A stretch of DNA of 42,705 bases from a virus (taxonomy: Duplodnaviria > Heunggongvirae > Uroviricota > Caudoviricetes): the IMG/VR virus record IMGVR_UViG_2778261632_000005, positions 1-42,705 of that record; one strand, 5' to 3'. The notes beneath the pieces are model-generated. The model was given only the letters and a program-made list of their open reading frames with translations. It did not search any database and was not told the DNA's origin. Positions 1-8,299 of this stretch are shown here, in pieces. Numbering within the stretch: the first letter of the stretch is position 1; each line of letters opens with the position of its first letter. The position numbers and the translations under genes are program-made.

Positions 1-1134
1 TTAATTATTAATAATTTTTATCCAATCCTTGCCTCTATCATCATGGTATCTGGCTGTTTGCTGGGGAGATTTATGCCCCAGCAGTTTTTGAGTATTTACT
101 CCCTGGTCTTCATACAGACGTTCTGCCAGAGAGCGCTGCTCGTGAAAAGTTGCAGGCGTGCCCTCACCCCATTCAATCTCTGCTTTATCCCGTGCTTTGC
201 TGAAATTCATCGTAATGGTGTTGGACTTCACCTGCGCACCGCGCTCCGCCTGCGACGTTGCCCGAAAGAAGTGGATCATATACGGGCTGACTGCATAATC
301 CCGACATCTGGCAACAACATCCCGAAGACACCAACCTATAGCATTAAGGCGCAGAGAAAGAGGGATTGCGATTTTGCTCCCGGTTTTTTCCTGAATGACA
401 TGGAGATGATCATCCCAAATATCGCTAAATTTCATTCGCGAGATATCACCTAACCGCTGGCCAGTCACCAGTGCTAACAGCATAGCATTCCCCATATACT
501 GATGTTTCTTATCCGCGATATCGAAAATCTTCTGCCACTCGTCGAGGCTAAGTCGTTGTCTGGTAATCTTGCGCCTGGGCTGTTTAGTAGCAAGGGCAGG
601 GTTGTGACCAGACGGCACTTCACCGTAGTGTTGGGCCTCTTTGAATACATCGATCAGAACTGAGCGAACAACTTGTGCCATTCTTGGTTGGCCTGCAGAT
701 AGATACTCTTCAAGAATTTGAGCAATATCCCTGACATCAACAGAAGATATCAGTTTCATTCCCGCACGTTCTTTGAGAAGTGCAACTGGCTTTGCTTTTT
801 GTTTATACGTATTCTCTTTGATATCGCCTGACGCGAATCTTTCCTCCTGAATTTTCCAGTACCGCTCAAGCCAGGTAATAGTCGTAATTGCTTTACCTCT
901 GCTGGTGGCAATCCGATCGCTAATAGCCAGAACCTGTCTTGAGCGCTGCTCGGCAAGTCTTGCGTTCGCTTCAGTAGCAATTGCTATAGCCTCCACTTCA
1001 TCAGTACCCAAGCTGTGAAATTTCCCTGTCACAGGGTGTTTGTACCTCCAATAAACTTTATTGACCTTCCGACTATAGAGTGGATAAAGGTTAGGTACTG
1101 ATACATTATTTTTACGTGGTCTCGCTGCCATCGC
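1..1134 (-). CDS. int: Tyrosine integrase, lambda Int family
   Basis: 377 aa from MAARPRKNN; C-terminal motifs resemble lambda Int (LLALVTGQRLGDI, TFHEQRSLAERLYE, LLGHKSPQQTARYHDDRG); AAGGA RBS 8 nt upstream; the ORF is open to 1197 but 1134 fits the lambda Int N-terminus and the RBS. Confidence 0.9.
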   Translation of the reverse strand, partial: AMAARPRKNNVSVPNLYPLYSRKVNKVYWRYKHPVTGKFHSLGTDEVEAIAIATEANARLAEQRSRQVLAISDRIATSRGKAITTITWLERYWKIQEERFASGDIKENTYKQKAKPVALLKERAGMKLISSVDVRDIAQILEEYLSAGQPRMAQVVRSVLIDVFKEAQHYGEVPSGHNPALATKQPRRKITRQRLSLDEWQKIFDIADKKHQYMGNAMLLALVTGQRLGDISRMKFSDIWDDHLHVIQEKTGSKIAIPLSLRLNAIGWCLRDVVARCRDYAVSPYMIHFFRATSQAERGAQVKSNTITMNFSKARDKAEIEWGEGTPATFHEQRSLAERLYEDQGVNTQKLLGHKSPQQTARYHDDRGKDWIKIINN

Positions 1135-1357
1135 TAAGGATCCTTTGCAATTTTGGTGAGTCAGATTTCTTGATAACCGGCGCAGCAAGTTCTCCAACCA
1201 ATTCCGCGTCCTCTCTAACTCTCCAGAGCCTACCTTGCTTCATTGCTGGTGGAGAAAAGAGATTTTGCTTAGCGTAACGGCGCAATGTTGAGACGCTAGG
1301 TGGATTACTTCTGTATTTATCGGTTGCCCATTCTTCAAGAGTTAACATCTGAATCAT
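1112..1357 (-). CDS. xis: Excisionase-like small DNA-binding protein
   Basis: 81 aa directly upstream of int and overlapping its start by 23 nt as in lambda xis-int; GGAGA RBS. Confidence 0.65.
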   Translation of the reverse strand: MIQMLTLEEWATDKYRSNPPSVSTLRRYAKQNLFSPPAMKQGRLWRVREDAELVGELAAPVIKKSDSPKLQRILSDGSETT

Positions 1358-1416
1358 GCGTTATTCTCCATTTAACCCGGCTGCACCCGGAATACGAAAT
1401 TATAAATTATCGCTGG

Positions 1417-1701
1417 TTAGCTTTGGTGGAACAGCATAGAGCGGCCCGGGTGAGACATCAAAACAGCGCCAGCGTATATCACAGGTTCTTTCTTCACCTT
1501 CTTTGTGCCAGTCAACGACATCTGCCACTGGCTCGGCGTTCCTACCTGCCAACACTCATCTACTACCTTCAACATATCCGCGAGAATGTAAGCTCTGTTC
1601 CCGCCGTTTGAGTACTGGGTATCATGCTGCAGGTGTTCGCGTATCTGGTGCAGTCGATCGAGTGATGCAGGACCGTGCGCCGGGTGGTTGTTAGTTGTCA
1701 T
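1417..1701 (-). CDS. Hypothetical protein (94 aa)
   Basis: ATG overlaps the TGA stop of the upstream methyltransferase gene (ATGA coupling). Confidence 0.5.
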   Translation of the reverse strand: MTTNNHPAHGPASLDRLHQIREHLQHDTQYSNGGNRAYILADMLKVVDECWQVGTPSQWQMSLTGTKKVKKEPVIYAGAVLMSHPGRSMLFHQS

Positions 1702-2477
1702 GCTGCACGCTCCTGATTATTTATTTCTACGCAGCACGCTGAATGCTGCAGCTGCCACTCGCGGAACTTGTCCATTTCCAAGGGCTTTAATTCTGTCCAC
1801 CCGATGGGCCACCCCATTAGCCACTCGACCCATTCCGGGTTCAGTGGGCCAGTTACCGTATCCAGCTGCGGTGCAAATGACGGGATTCTGGATGGCGTAT
1901 TTACCTGCTGCGCTAAGCTGGTTCCCGTCATCTTCTCTGTGTACAGCCTCCCCGGTTCGCGTCGCTCGCTGATGGCGTTGTCCACATCCTGTGCGACGAC
2001 CCAAATTCTGTCTCGCTTGTGAGGCGCTCCAGCGTCGAGTGCTGAAATACGACACCATTGCGCGTCATACCCCATTTCGGCAAGGTCACCAACGACCACT
2101 GCAAGTCCTCTTCTAACAAGCAACGGTGAGTTTTCCACGAGCACGAAGCGCGGTCGAACCTCACTGATAATTCTTGCCATGTGCCGCCATAGTCCAGATT
2201 TCTCGCCATCAATTCCCGCTCCCTTTCCAGCGGCGCTAATGTCCTGGCATGGAAACCCTCCAGAAACGACATCAACAATTCCTCTCCATGGCTTTCCGTC
2301 AAAACTGCGCACGTCAGACCAAATCGGGAAAGGTCTGAGGATTCCATCGTTTTGTCGTTGCGCGAGAACTTGTGCGGCGTAGGCATCACGTTCAACTGCG
2401 CAAACTGTGCGCCATCCAAGGAGGTACCCTCCGAGAATTCCTCCGCCAGCGCCTGCGAAAAGAGCCAACTCATTCAC
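1698..2477 (-). CDS. DNA (cytosine-5)-methyltransferase, short orphan type
   Basis: Motif I FAGAGG, motif IV GGFPCQDIS (PCQ catalytic Cys), motif VI VLVENSP, motif VIII HKRDRIWVV; no adjacent restriction endonuclease gene. Confidence 0.85.
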   Translation of the reverse strand: MNELALFAGAGGGILGGYLLGWRTVCAVERDAYAAQVLAQRQNDGILRPFPIWSDVRSFDGKPWRGIVDVVSGGFPCQDISAAGKGAGIDGEKSGLWRHMARIISEVRPRFVLVENSPLLVRRGLAVVVGDLAEMGYDAQWCRISALDAGAPHKRDRIWVVAQDVDNAISERREPGRLYTEKMTGTSLAQQVNTPSRIPSFAPQLDTVTGPLNPEWVEWLMGWPIGWTELKPLEMDKFREWQLQHSACCVEINNQERAA

Positions 2478-2985
2478 ATGCTCCTCCCTGGCACTCCCCC
2501 TTCACGCCAATGCCAGCGGCTTGTAGTTCATCTTCTAGGTGACAAATCTCTTTCGCCATCCTCATTTGGTTGCTTTCGGCGCGGTCCTTGTAGTCACGGA
2601 AATCTCGCTCTACTTCTAATCGCTTCTCTCGGTGAATGCTTTCCAATGATTTAGCTTGGTGTAAATCCTCTGCCTGTCGCTCAAGCTTGAATCGCTGAAG
2701 TTCTACCAACTCATTTGCGGCTTCCAGCTCATCCATCAGCGCCACCACATCAGGGTCGCTAACATCGACGGCGATGACGCGTGACTGTTCGTAGTGGTAG
2801 TCAGCGATGCTGCGACCTTCTGCGTAATGCCCCCCAGCATCGTCATAAGTTGCTCCAGTACAACCGTAAGTAATTCGGCTGGCAGAAATACGCTGCACTG
2901 TCATTTCCGCGCCGCAAATGTGGCATTTAGGTACTGGCTGCGGTGAATAGCGCTCACGCAGCGCCTGTTTGTTGAGTGCTGTCAT
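2470..2985 (-). CDS. Hypothetical protein with N-terminal Cys-rich segment and coiled-coil C-terminus
   Basis: 171 aa ORF; CHICG...YGC putative zinc-binding pattern; charged heptad-like C-terminal half; stop overlaps the methyltransferase start. Confidence 0.55.
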   Translation of the reverse strand: MTALNKQALRERYSPQPVPKCHICGAEMTVQRISASRITYGCTGATYDDAGGHYAEGRSIADYHYEQSRVIAVDVSDPDVVALMDELEAANELVELQRFKLERQAEDLHQAKSLESIHREKRLEVERDFRDYKDRAESNQMRMAKEICHLEDELQAAGIGVKGECQGGACE

Positions 2986-3239
2986 TGGGTGGTCTCCTTG
3001 CGAAACATCAGTATTGTCAGGTCGCCTTTTGTTTCCAGTCGAACAGACCCACCAGGCTCAATCTCAGAAAGGTTGAATGCGTCATACAGTTCATTAACAG
3101 CCTTCTGTCTCTTTTCCTGCTTCTTTCTGGATACCCATTGCTTAAAGGCGATACTGATAAACCATTCACCGGCTTTAAACATGATGTATAACCACCCAAT
3201 AAGAGCTAAACCAGTATTCATCATTGTTGCGATGCTCAT
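2982..3239 (-). CDS. Small membrane-anchored hypothetical protein (85 aa)
   Basis: One hydrophobic helix (GLALIGWLYIMF) then a charged tail; 4-nt overlaps with neighbours. Confidence 0.5.
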   Translation of the reverse strand: MSIATMMNTGLALIGWLYIMFKAGEWFISIAFKQWVSRKKQEKRQKAVNELYDAFNLSEIEPGGSVRLETKGDLTILMFRKETTQ

Positions 3240-3757
3240 AGCGCGGCTCCTTTGCGAAGTTGGGCGGCGAATTCTGCGATGTCTGCTCTGGCCGTGTAGT
3301 GAGGTGGTAGAGAAGCGAGAAGCATCTCCACACCCTGTGCCCGCACTTCAGCCAGGATGGCGTCGGTGGCTGGGGCTTTGCCAGCTTTGCGCTCAATGGC
3401 GCATTGAAGACCTTGAATGGCATCCACAACGCGATTGCTGTCAAGATAGGTCTTACTACGATATACGTGCCTCATAACATCTGATGCGCACTCTTTCACG
3501 GTTACATTCTCCGCCGCCAGCTCCCTGCACTTGCTCTCGGCGTTAGCGAGCTGTACTGCCATGTCTGTGAGTTTCAGTTCAAGATTGTGAATAGTTGCGT
3601 CTGCTGCACGAAACTCGCGCTGGGATTCCGTTAAATTTGAGCATGCGTTCTGAATTGAGTAGGCCAAAATGGCAGTATCACGATCATCTGATTCTTCAGC
3701 TTTAACCTGCAACTGAACCGCCAGGCTGAAGAGATCAGCAATTTGAGTTTCTGTCAT
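3236..3757 (-). CDS. Hypothetical protein (about 173 aa)
   Basis: ORF open to 3859, but the ATG at 3757 lies 4 nt downstream of the ParB-like gene stop; start uncertain. Confidence 0.5.
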   Translation of the reverse strand: MTETQIADLFSLAVQLQVKAEESDDRDTAILAYSIQNACSNLTESQREFRAADATIHNLELKLTDMAVQLANAESKCRELAAENVTVKECASDVMRHVYRSKTYLDSNRVVDAIQGLQCAIERKAGKAPATDAILAEVRAQGVEMLLASLPPHYTARADIAEFAAQLRKGAAL

Positions 3758-3761
3758 ACGG

Positions 3762-4802
3762 TTATTGATAGTTTGCATTGGTATGTACCTGCTGAAGTTT
3801 GTGTTGTTTAACGAAGTGGGCCACTGCTTTTGACTGGCTGGCGATAATTTTTCTGTCACCTAGGTCGAGCGTGACGTTCTTACCGCGATAAATTATTGCC
3901 GAGCCGATTTCCTTACCGTCCAGCTTCACATACAGCACTTTCCCGATAATCTCTGTCGTAGGGATTGGCTGTGAAAGGCGATATGTTTCGCGAGCTTCAG
4001 CAATGGTTTTATGTTCGTCGATTATCGACAGGGCTTCAGCCAGAGCCGTGCCTTGCAAAGTGAACACGCCTTCATCGCTGATCGTCGCCATGGCCATCAG
4101 TTCCACGAAACGGCGAGCACTTTTAATGTTGAGTTCCGGAGCGATAGAACTGCGCGTAACCTTTGTTTTCCCCTGGGCGGCGGCTACGGCTTTATCGTGT
4201 TGGAGAACTTCACCAGCCTGTTCGCCAAACTCACGAACTCGGTCAACGGCAACATCAACAGACACAGCCCCTGATTTAACTTCCTGCTGAACGTCATGGT
4301 TCGCTGTGCTGAGTAGAAGAAGCTTTTCTACGGTGGCTACAGATTTGTTTACCAGCTTTGCAATCTCGCTGGTGGTTTGGTTGAAAGCATTATGAAGCTC
4401 CTGAATAACAGCAGCCTGTTCAATATCGGAAAGGGGGAGTTGGTTATTACTGGTCATGATGCGAGCCAGCCGCTGCACATCGTTACCGTTAAACGGCATG
4501 ATATGAATACGGTCTACTGGCTTACCAGCTTCAGCACAACGCGCATAGCAACGGCGACGGCGATGGCCTTCAACAACCCACACTCCACCTTCATCACGTG
4601 CGATAACCTCCAGCGGAGGAACGGTTCCACCGTTCATCAGATAGTTAAACAGGTCGTCATCTGCCTGGCGGGTGCGTTCGTCGTCTTCACGCTTGTTGAA
4701 ACCTTCACGCACGTGGATATGTTCAAGGCTGATAAACATCCCGGTATCGGTGCGCTTGATGGTCCCATCACGGGACATCTGTTTGAATGAGTTGGCGGCC
4801 AT
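3762..4802 (-). CDS. ParB-like nuclease-domain protein
   Basis: 346 aa; N-terminal ParB/Srx-like motif VVEGHRRRR; start ATG overlaps the stop of the upstream gene (TAATG). Confidence 0.7.
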   Translation of the reverse strand: MAANSFKQMSRDGTIKRTDTGMFISLEHIHVREGFNKREDDERTRQADDDLFNYLMNGGTVPPLEVIARDEGGVWVVEGHRRRRCYARCAEAGKPVDRIHIMPFNGNDVQRLARIMTSNNQLPLSDIEQAAVIQELHNAFNQTTSEIAKLVNKSVATVEKLLLLSTANHDVQQEVKSGAVSVDVAVDRVREFGEQAGEVLQHDKAVAAAQGKTKVTRSSIAPELNIKSARRFVELMAMATISDEGVFTLQGTALAEALSIIDEHKTIAEARETYRLSQPIPTTEIIGKVLYVKLDGKEIGSAIIYRGKNVTLDLGDRKIIASQSKAVAHFVKQHKLQQVHTNANYQ

Positions 4803-5284
4803 TACGCAGTACCTTCACGAAGTTGGTTAGCGAATAACAGAGCCTGATTACCAGCGTAAACAATGCTTTCTTCTTGCTCTTCTTTCCCTATGGCAATAGT
4901 GACGTTTGCGTACTTTTCCACGCCAGTGGCCTGGATATCGCGAATAACCTGATCGGTTACTGGAGTTAACTCGCGTAATTCTCTCTGCGCCTCCAGCATG
5001 TGCATATTGGTCGGCGATTTGGTATGACGTTCAACGATGCGGTCGCACTCTTTGGCCCAACAATTAACATCGTCGCGTAAAACAGTGTTCTCGATGGCCA
5101 GTGTTTTACGCTGTTCCATTGATTCGCACAGCGCGACACCCTGAACATCGTAGCGGTTCGCCAGTTCATTCATCAGCCACTGGGAAGCAGGTGGCAGGAG
5201 AGGGGCAGCTTTACGGGCTGCATCGATCAGTTGCTCTCTGGTCATACGTGGTTGTAACTCAGTGACGTTCTGTGTGGTCGTCAT
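4802..5284 (-). CDS. Hypothetical protein (160 aa)
   Basis: Start MTTTQNV chosen because GGAGA lies 5 nt upstream; the ORF is open further to 5395. Confidence 0.5.
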   Translation of the reverse strand: MTTTQNVTELQPRMTREQLIDAARKAAPLLPPASQWLMNELANRYDVQGVALCESMEQRKTLAIENTVLRDDVNCWAKECDRIVERHTKSPTNMHMLEAQRELRELTPVTDQVIRDIQATGVEKYANVTIAIGKEEQEESIVYAGNQALLFANQLREGTA

Positions 5285-5530
5285 GGTTAGTTTCTCCGTG
5301 TTATATGCGCCCTGCACGGCGCTGAATTTTGGTTGCACGAATCCATCGCCAAAAGGCGAATAAAAGTTTGGGTTTCGTTTCAGTAAATGCCCCATGAAGA
5401 GGCACTTAGTGAAACGGGCGACTGCAATCGCCGGTAAGTTTCTCCACTCAATTGAAAGCGCGTTCCGCTGGTTTTGGATTTAACGAACTGGCACTTAATG
5501 ACAAGGGACAGAACGCGCTTTCAGTTGAGT

Positions 5531-5576
5531 AAAAAGGGCGGTACCAGGGACTTCAAAGGTTGGTACTGGTACCGCC
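5531..5576 (-). terminator. Intrinsic terminator downstream of the tRNA
   Basis: Perfect 11-bp inverted repeat (5537-5547 / 5566-5576) followed on the minus strand by a U-run (5531-5535). Confidence 0.6.
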
Positions 5577-5628
5577 AAGACTCCACACAGCTTTCTTACT
5601 TCCTTGGATCACGAGAACTACGTGATTC

Positions 5629-5705
5629 TGGTGCAGCATGCAGGATTCGAACCTGCGACCCACGGCTTAGAAGGCCGCTGCTCTATCCATCTGAGCTAAT
5701 GCCAC
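5629..5705 (-). tRNA. tRNA-Arg (anticodon UCU), prophage-borne
   Basis: 77-nt cloverleaf read on the minus strand: D-arm GCTC/GAGC, anticodon loop CUUCUAA, T-arm GCAGG-UUCGAAU-CCUGC, 3' ACCA; the acceptor stem has two adjacent G-U pairs. Confidence 0.8.
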
Positions 5706-5709
5706 AACT

Positions 5710-5773
5710 GGAAGCGCACTCCACCTGTTTCACACCTGTCACCCATAACTGGTAAGTAAAGGAGTGCGCTTCC
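5710..5773. repeat. Perfect 13-bp inverted repeat (GGAAGCGCACTCC / GGAGTGCGCTTCC) with a 38-nt spacer
   Basis: Arms at 5710-5722 and 5761-5773; spacer contains CACCTGT twice; sits 4 nt upstream of the tRNA 5' end. Confidence 0.7.
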
Positions 5774-5885
5774 ATGTTGTGTGCCTGTCTTTTCACCACA
5801 TCAGGCTCGGTGGTTCTCGTGTACCCCTACAGCGAGAAATCGGTTAAAATCTTCTCACCCCTACAGAGAGTGATGGATTCCACCG

Positions 5886-6386
5886 ATGGACAACAAATGG
5901 TTGCAGGAAGTACTGCGTTCAATCCTGCGTGACATAGACATTAGGCGTTTAATGCATATGCTAATCATTTTCGTCATTCTCACGGTGCTTTTGCCTGACT
6001 CTGTTAAGCAGTCTGTTGGTGCTCATAATCCGGAATTCCTTCCAGCTTTCAGCCTCTACTATCTGATGATCATCTGCGTAAGTTTTTTTATTTCTTCGCT
6101 TACCAGCTTCACTACTAAATCTCTTTTAAATGCGCTTCATACATTGGCTTTACGTATTCGAGTCATCATGCTTTCAGAACCTGAAAAGCAGTGCCTTCTG
6201 TCTTTCATAAAGACCGGTGACCATGTTGTGTATGCAAAAAATCACAATCCGGTGGTTGAGCAGTTGGTCTATAAAGGCATTCTTAGGAAAACCTACTCAC
6301 TAAATTGTGGCCCAGACATGGAAGGGTACGTCATAGAAGACAAATATCATTTCCACGTGTTAAGGCACTTATCTACCAGTCTTTGA
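5886..6386 (+). CDS. Membrane protein, putative superinfection-exclusion / abortive-infection candidate
   Basis: 166 aa ORF in an AT-rich island; two predicted TM helices then an 80-aa soluble domain; weak RBS; lies between the tRNA and the repressor. Confidence 0.5.
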   Translation: MDNKWLQEVLRSILRDIDIRRLMHMLIIFVILTVLLPDSVKQSVGAHNPEFLPAFSLYYLMIICVSFFISSLTSFTTKSLLNALHTLALRIRVIMLSEPEKQCLLSFIKTGDHVVYAKNHNPVVEQLVYKGILRKTYSLNCGPDMEGYVIEDKYHFHVLRHLSTSL

Positions 6387-6622
6387 CCAAAAAGCTTTAT
6401 CTTTAAAGCAAGCTTTTTAAGCGCAATAGAAATTAGTTTTTCCAGTCGACTTCTATTGCGACGTTCTCGCCTGACCAGCTCATCGAACGTATCAGGTAGG
6501 ACCTTAATATCTGCAGGCAGCTTTTTAAGGTCACAACCGCATTCTGGGCACTTCGTATAAAGTGGCTCAAATTTCCACGATCTAGACAATGCCTCCATCT
6601 TTCTGTTTGCGTATGTGCTCAT
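6347..6622 (-). CDS. Small putative zinc-ribbon protein (91 aa), first gene of the leftward early transcript
   Basis: CPECGC motif and a basic RRERRNRSR stretch; AAGGG RBS 8 nt upstream; 3' end overlaps the convergent 166-aa ORF by 40 nt. Confidence 0.5.
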   Translation of the reverse strand: MSTYANRKMEALSRSWKFEPLYTKCPECGCDLKKLPADIKVLPDTFDELVRRERRNRSRLEKLISIALKKLALKIKLFGQRLVDKCLNTWK

Positions 6623-6691
6623 TACATGCCCTTACATTTATTCCCGGGTTTTACCAGATGAATGTAACTATGGGGTCGTCTGATGTGTTTT

Positions 6692-6746
6692 AAATGTACC
6701 TTTAGTTACCATCATGGTCAAGTAAGTTAATGTACTTTTTGTTACC
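6692..6746. promoter_or_regulatory. Two tandem operator-like repeats (putative OL / pL region)
   Basis: AAATGTACCTTTAGTTACC (6692-6710) and TTAATGTACTTTTTGTTACC (6727-6746); a third copy at 7501-7521. Confidence 0.55.
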
Positions 6747-6798
6747 TTGGTGGCGAAAAAAAATGCCAGAATGATATCTGGCATTAGAAATGAGTTAC

Positions 6799-7458
6799 TT
6801 AGATGTTCTGCGTTATCTGAACAACTTTGCCTACAATGCGGCAATTGCCATCAATGGGGATCGGCTTAAAGGCGGGATTAAGCGGCATGAGATATGAGTA
6901 AGGGCTATCCCAAACAAGTTTCTTCACAGTCGCTTCTGCTGAACCATCAAGTATTGCAACGACAATTTTCCCATACAGGTCATCAAGTTGTCCGTAATGT
7001 GGCTCAACAATAACGATTGAGCCCTCCGGAATTGATGGAAGTCCATGTGGGTTAGTCATTGACTCACCACGAACTACCAATCCGAAAACTTCATCAGAAA
7101 CGTTTGCTGTGGTTTGAGTCCATGAAATCACATCAGTAAGCCTTGAACATGCATAGGTATCAGTCCATACCCCGGCCTGAACAGCAGAGATAATAGGAAC
7201 GGCGGTAGGTGGCTTCAGGTATGGGATAACTTTGGTGTCATCTTGAGTCTCATCACCCTTGCCGTAAAGAATCCATTCAGGAGTGGTCTGTAAAGCCATC
7301 GCTAGTTGGTGAAGGTTTTCTCCGTCAGGCTTAGTTGTACCGTTCTCCCATTTGGTAACGGACACTCTACTCACCCCAAGGCGTTTAGCCAGGGTCTGCT
7401 GAGTTATATCGAGCTGGACTCGCCGGGATCTTATTCGGTCTTTCATCTCTGTTTTCAT
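6799..7458 (-). CDS. cI: Prophage repressor, cI-like (HTH plus LexA-type S24 autopeptidase)
   Basis: N-terminal HTH (QQTLAKRLGVSRVSVTKWENG), Ala-Gly cleavage site (VQAGVW), Ser nucleophile GESM and Lys (TVKKL). Confidence 0.9.
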   Translation of the reverse strand: MKTEMKDRIRSRRVQLDITQQTLAKRLGVSRVSVTKWENGTTKPDGENLHQLAMALQTTPEWILYGKGDETQDDTKVIPYLKPPTAVPIISAVQAGVWTDTYACSRLTDVISWTQTTANVSDEVFGLVVRGESMTNPHGLPSIPEGSIVIVEPHYGQLDDLYGKIVVAILDGSAEATVKKLVWDSPYSYLMPLNPAFKPIPIDGNCRIVGKVVQITQNI

Positions 7459-7550
7459 GTAACCAATGTTACATTGATTCCTTGTAACTGTTGTTTGCTA
7501 TTTAATGTACCTTTTGTTACCTTTAAGGCGTGAGTTAACCAGGAGGAACC
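7459..7550. promoter_or_regulatory. Divergent repressor/cro promoter-operator region (OR-like)
   Basis: Third operator-like repeat TTTAATGTACCTTTTGTTACC at 7501-7521 plus GTTAC/GTAAC half-site-like motifs at 7465-7490; AGGAGG RBS before cro. Confidence 0.55.
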
Positions 7551-7748
7551 ATGTTTAAAACTGACGTCATAGAACACTTCGGAGGGGTATCAAAAACCGC
7601 GAGTGTTTTGGGAATTTCCCATCCTGCAGTGTGCAGATGGGGTGATGTGATCCCTCAGAAGCAAGCTTTTGTTATCGAACGTATCACTAAGGGCAAGCTT
7701 AAATACGATGCCAGCCTTTACCAAAAGTCTACAGACACAGCAGCTTAA
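7551..7748 (+). CDS. cro: Cro-like small HTH regulator
   Basis: 65 aa, divergent from the repressor; HTH (SKTASVLGISHPAVCRW); AGGAGG RBS. Confidence 0.7.
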   Translation: MFKTDVIEHFGGVSKTASVLGISHPAVCRWGDVIPQKQAFVIERITKGKLKYDASLYQKSTDTAA

Positions 7749-7773
7749 ACATAACTACCAAAGGAAAAACAAG

Positions 7774-8238
7774 ATGGTAGAGCAAACCCTGAAGGAAGTA
7801 GTGAAAGCGATGTGCAAGGCGTACCCCGGAGGCCGTCAGGCTATGGCTGGTGCGTTGGGCATGTCAGAAACCCAGTTCAACAACAACCTTTACGAGAAAA
7901 ACGGTTGTCGTTTCTTTGAAGTCACCGAGTTGGAAGCGATGGAAGACATTTCCAACACGTCATTGGTTGCTGACTACTTTGCCAAGCGTCGCGGCGCACT
8001 GCTGGTGGACGTACCAAACCTGGAAGATCTGGACCGTGTTGACTTGTTCAGCCGTGCAATGCGCACAGCAGCTGCAAGAGGGCAGGTTGATCAGATTATC
8101 CAGAAGGCGCTTGAGGATGGAGTTATTGAAAAGCATGAAGCCGAAGAGATTCAGGAACATCACCGCCGTCATCTGGCAGCGCGTGAAGAAGAAATCCGCG
8201 CGATTGTGGCCTTATTCAGCCGCCGTCAAAAGAAGTGA
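7774..8238 (+). CDS. CII-like / YdaT-like regulator
   Basis: 154 aa immediately after cro; AAGGA RBS; the ORF is open from 7669 but the first ATG with an RBS is 7774. Confidence 0.55.
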   Translation: MVEQTLKEVVKAMCKAYPGGRQAMAGALGMSETQFNNNLYEKNGCRFFEVTELEAMEDISNTSLVADYFAKRRGALLVDVPNLEDLDRVDLFSRAMRTAAARGQVDQIIQKALEDGVIEKHEAEEIQEHHRRHLAAREEEIRAIVALFSRRQKK

Positions 8239-8299
8239 CGCCAGCGAGTGTGCAGCTCCAGGCGTCGTGGCGTGTCGTATTCAGTGGAGAAACTAACGC

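Noticed and set aside
43-453. 136-aa plus-strand ORF antisense to the integrase gene
   Set aside because: Completely inside the integrase coding region on the opposite strand, with no RBS
1928-2473. 181-aa alternative-frame ORF, same strand, fully inside the C5-methyltransferase gene
   Set aside because: The other frame carries all the methyltransferase motifs in order; this frame is Ser/Leu/Arg/Thr-rich as expected for off-frame translation of GC-rich DNA
5629-5705. The tRNA-Arg as the prophage attachment site
   Set aside because: It lies 4.4 kb inside the element, separated from int by seven genes, and the right end shows an icd junction instead; phage cargo is more parsimonious, though a relic att of an older element is not excluded
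5474-5755. 93-aa plus-strand ORF overlapping the tRNA
   Set aside because: It spans the tRNA gene and both flanking hairpins; the structured RNA interpretation explains the sequence better
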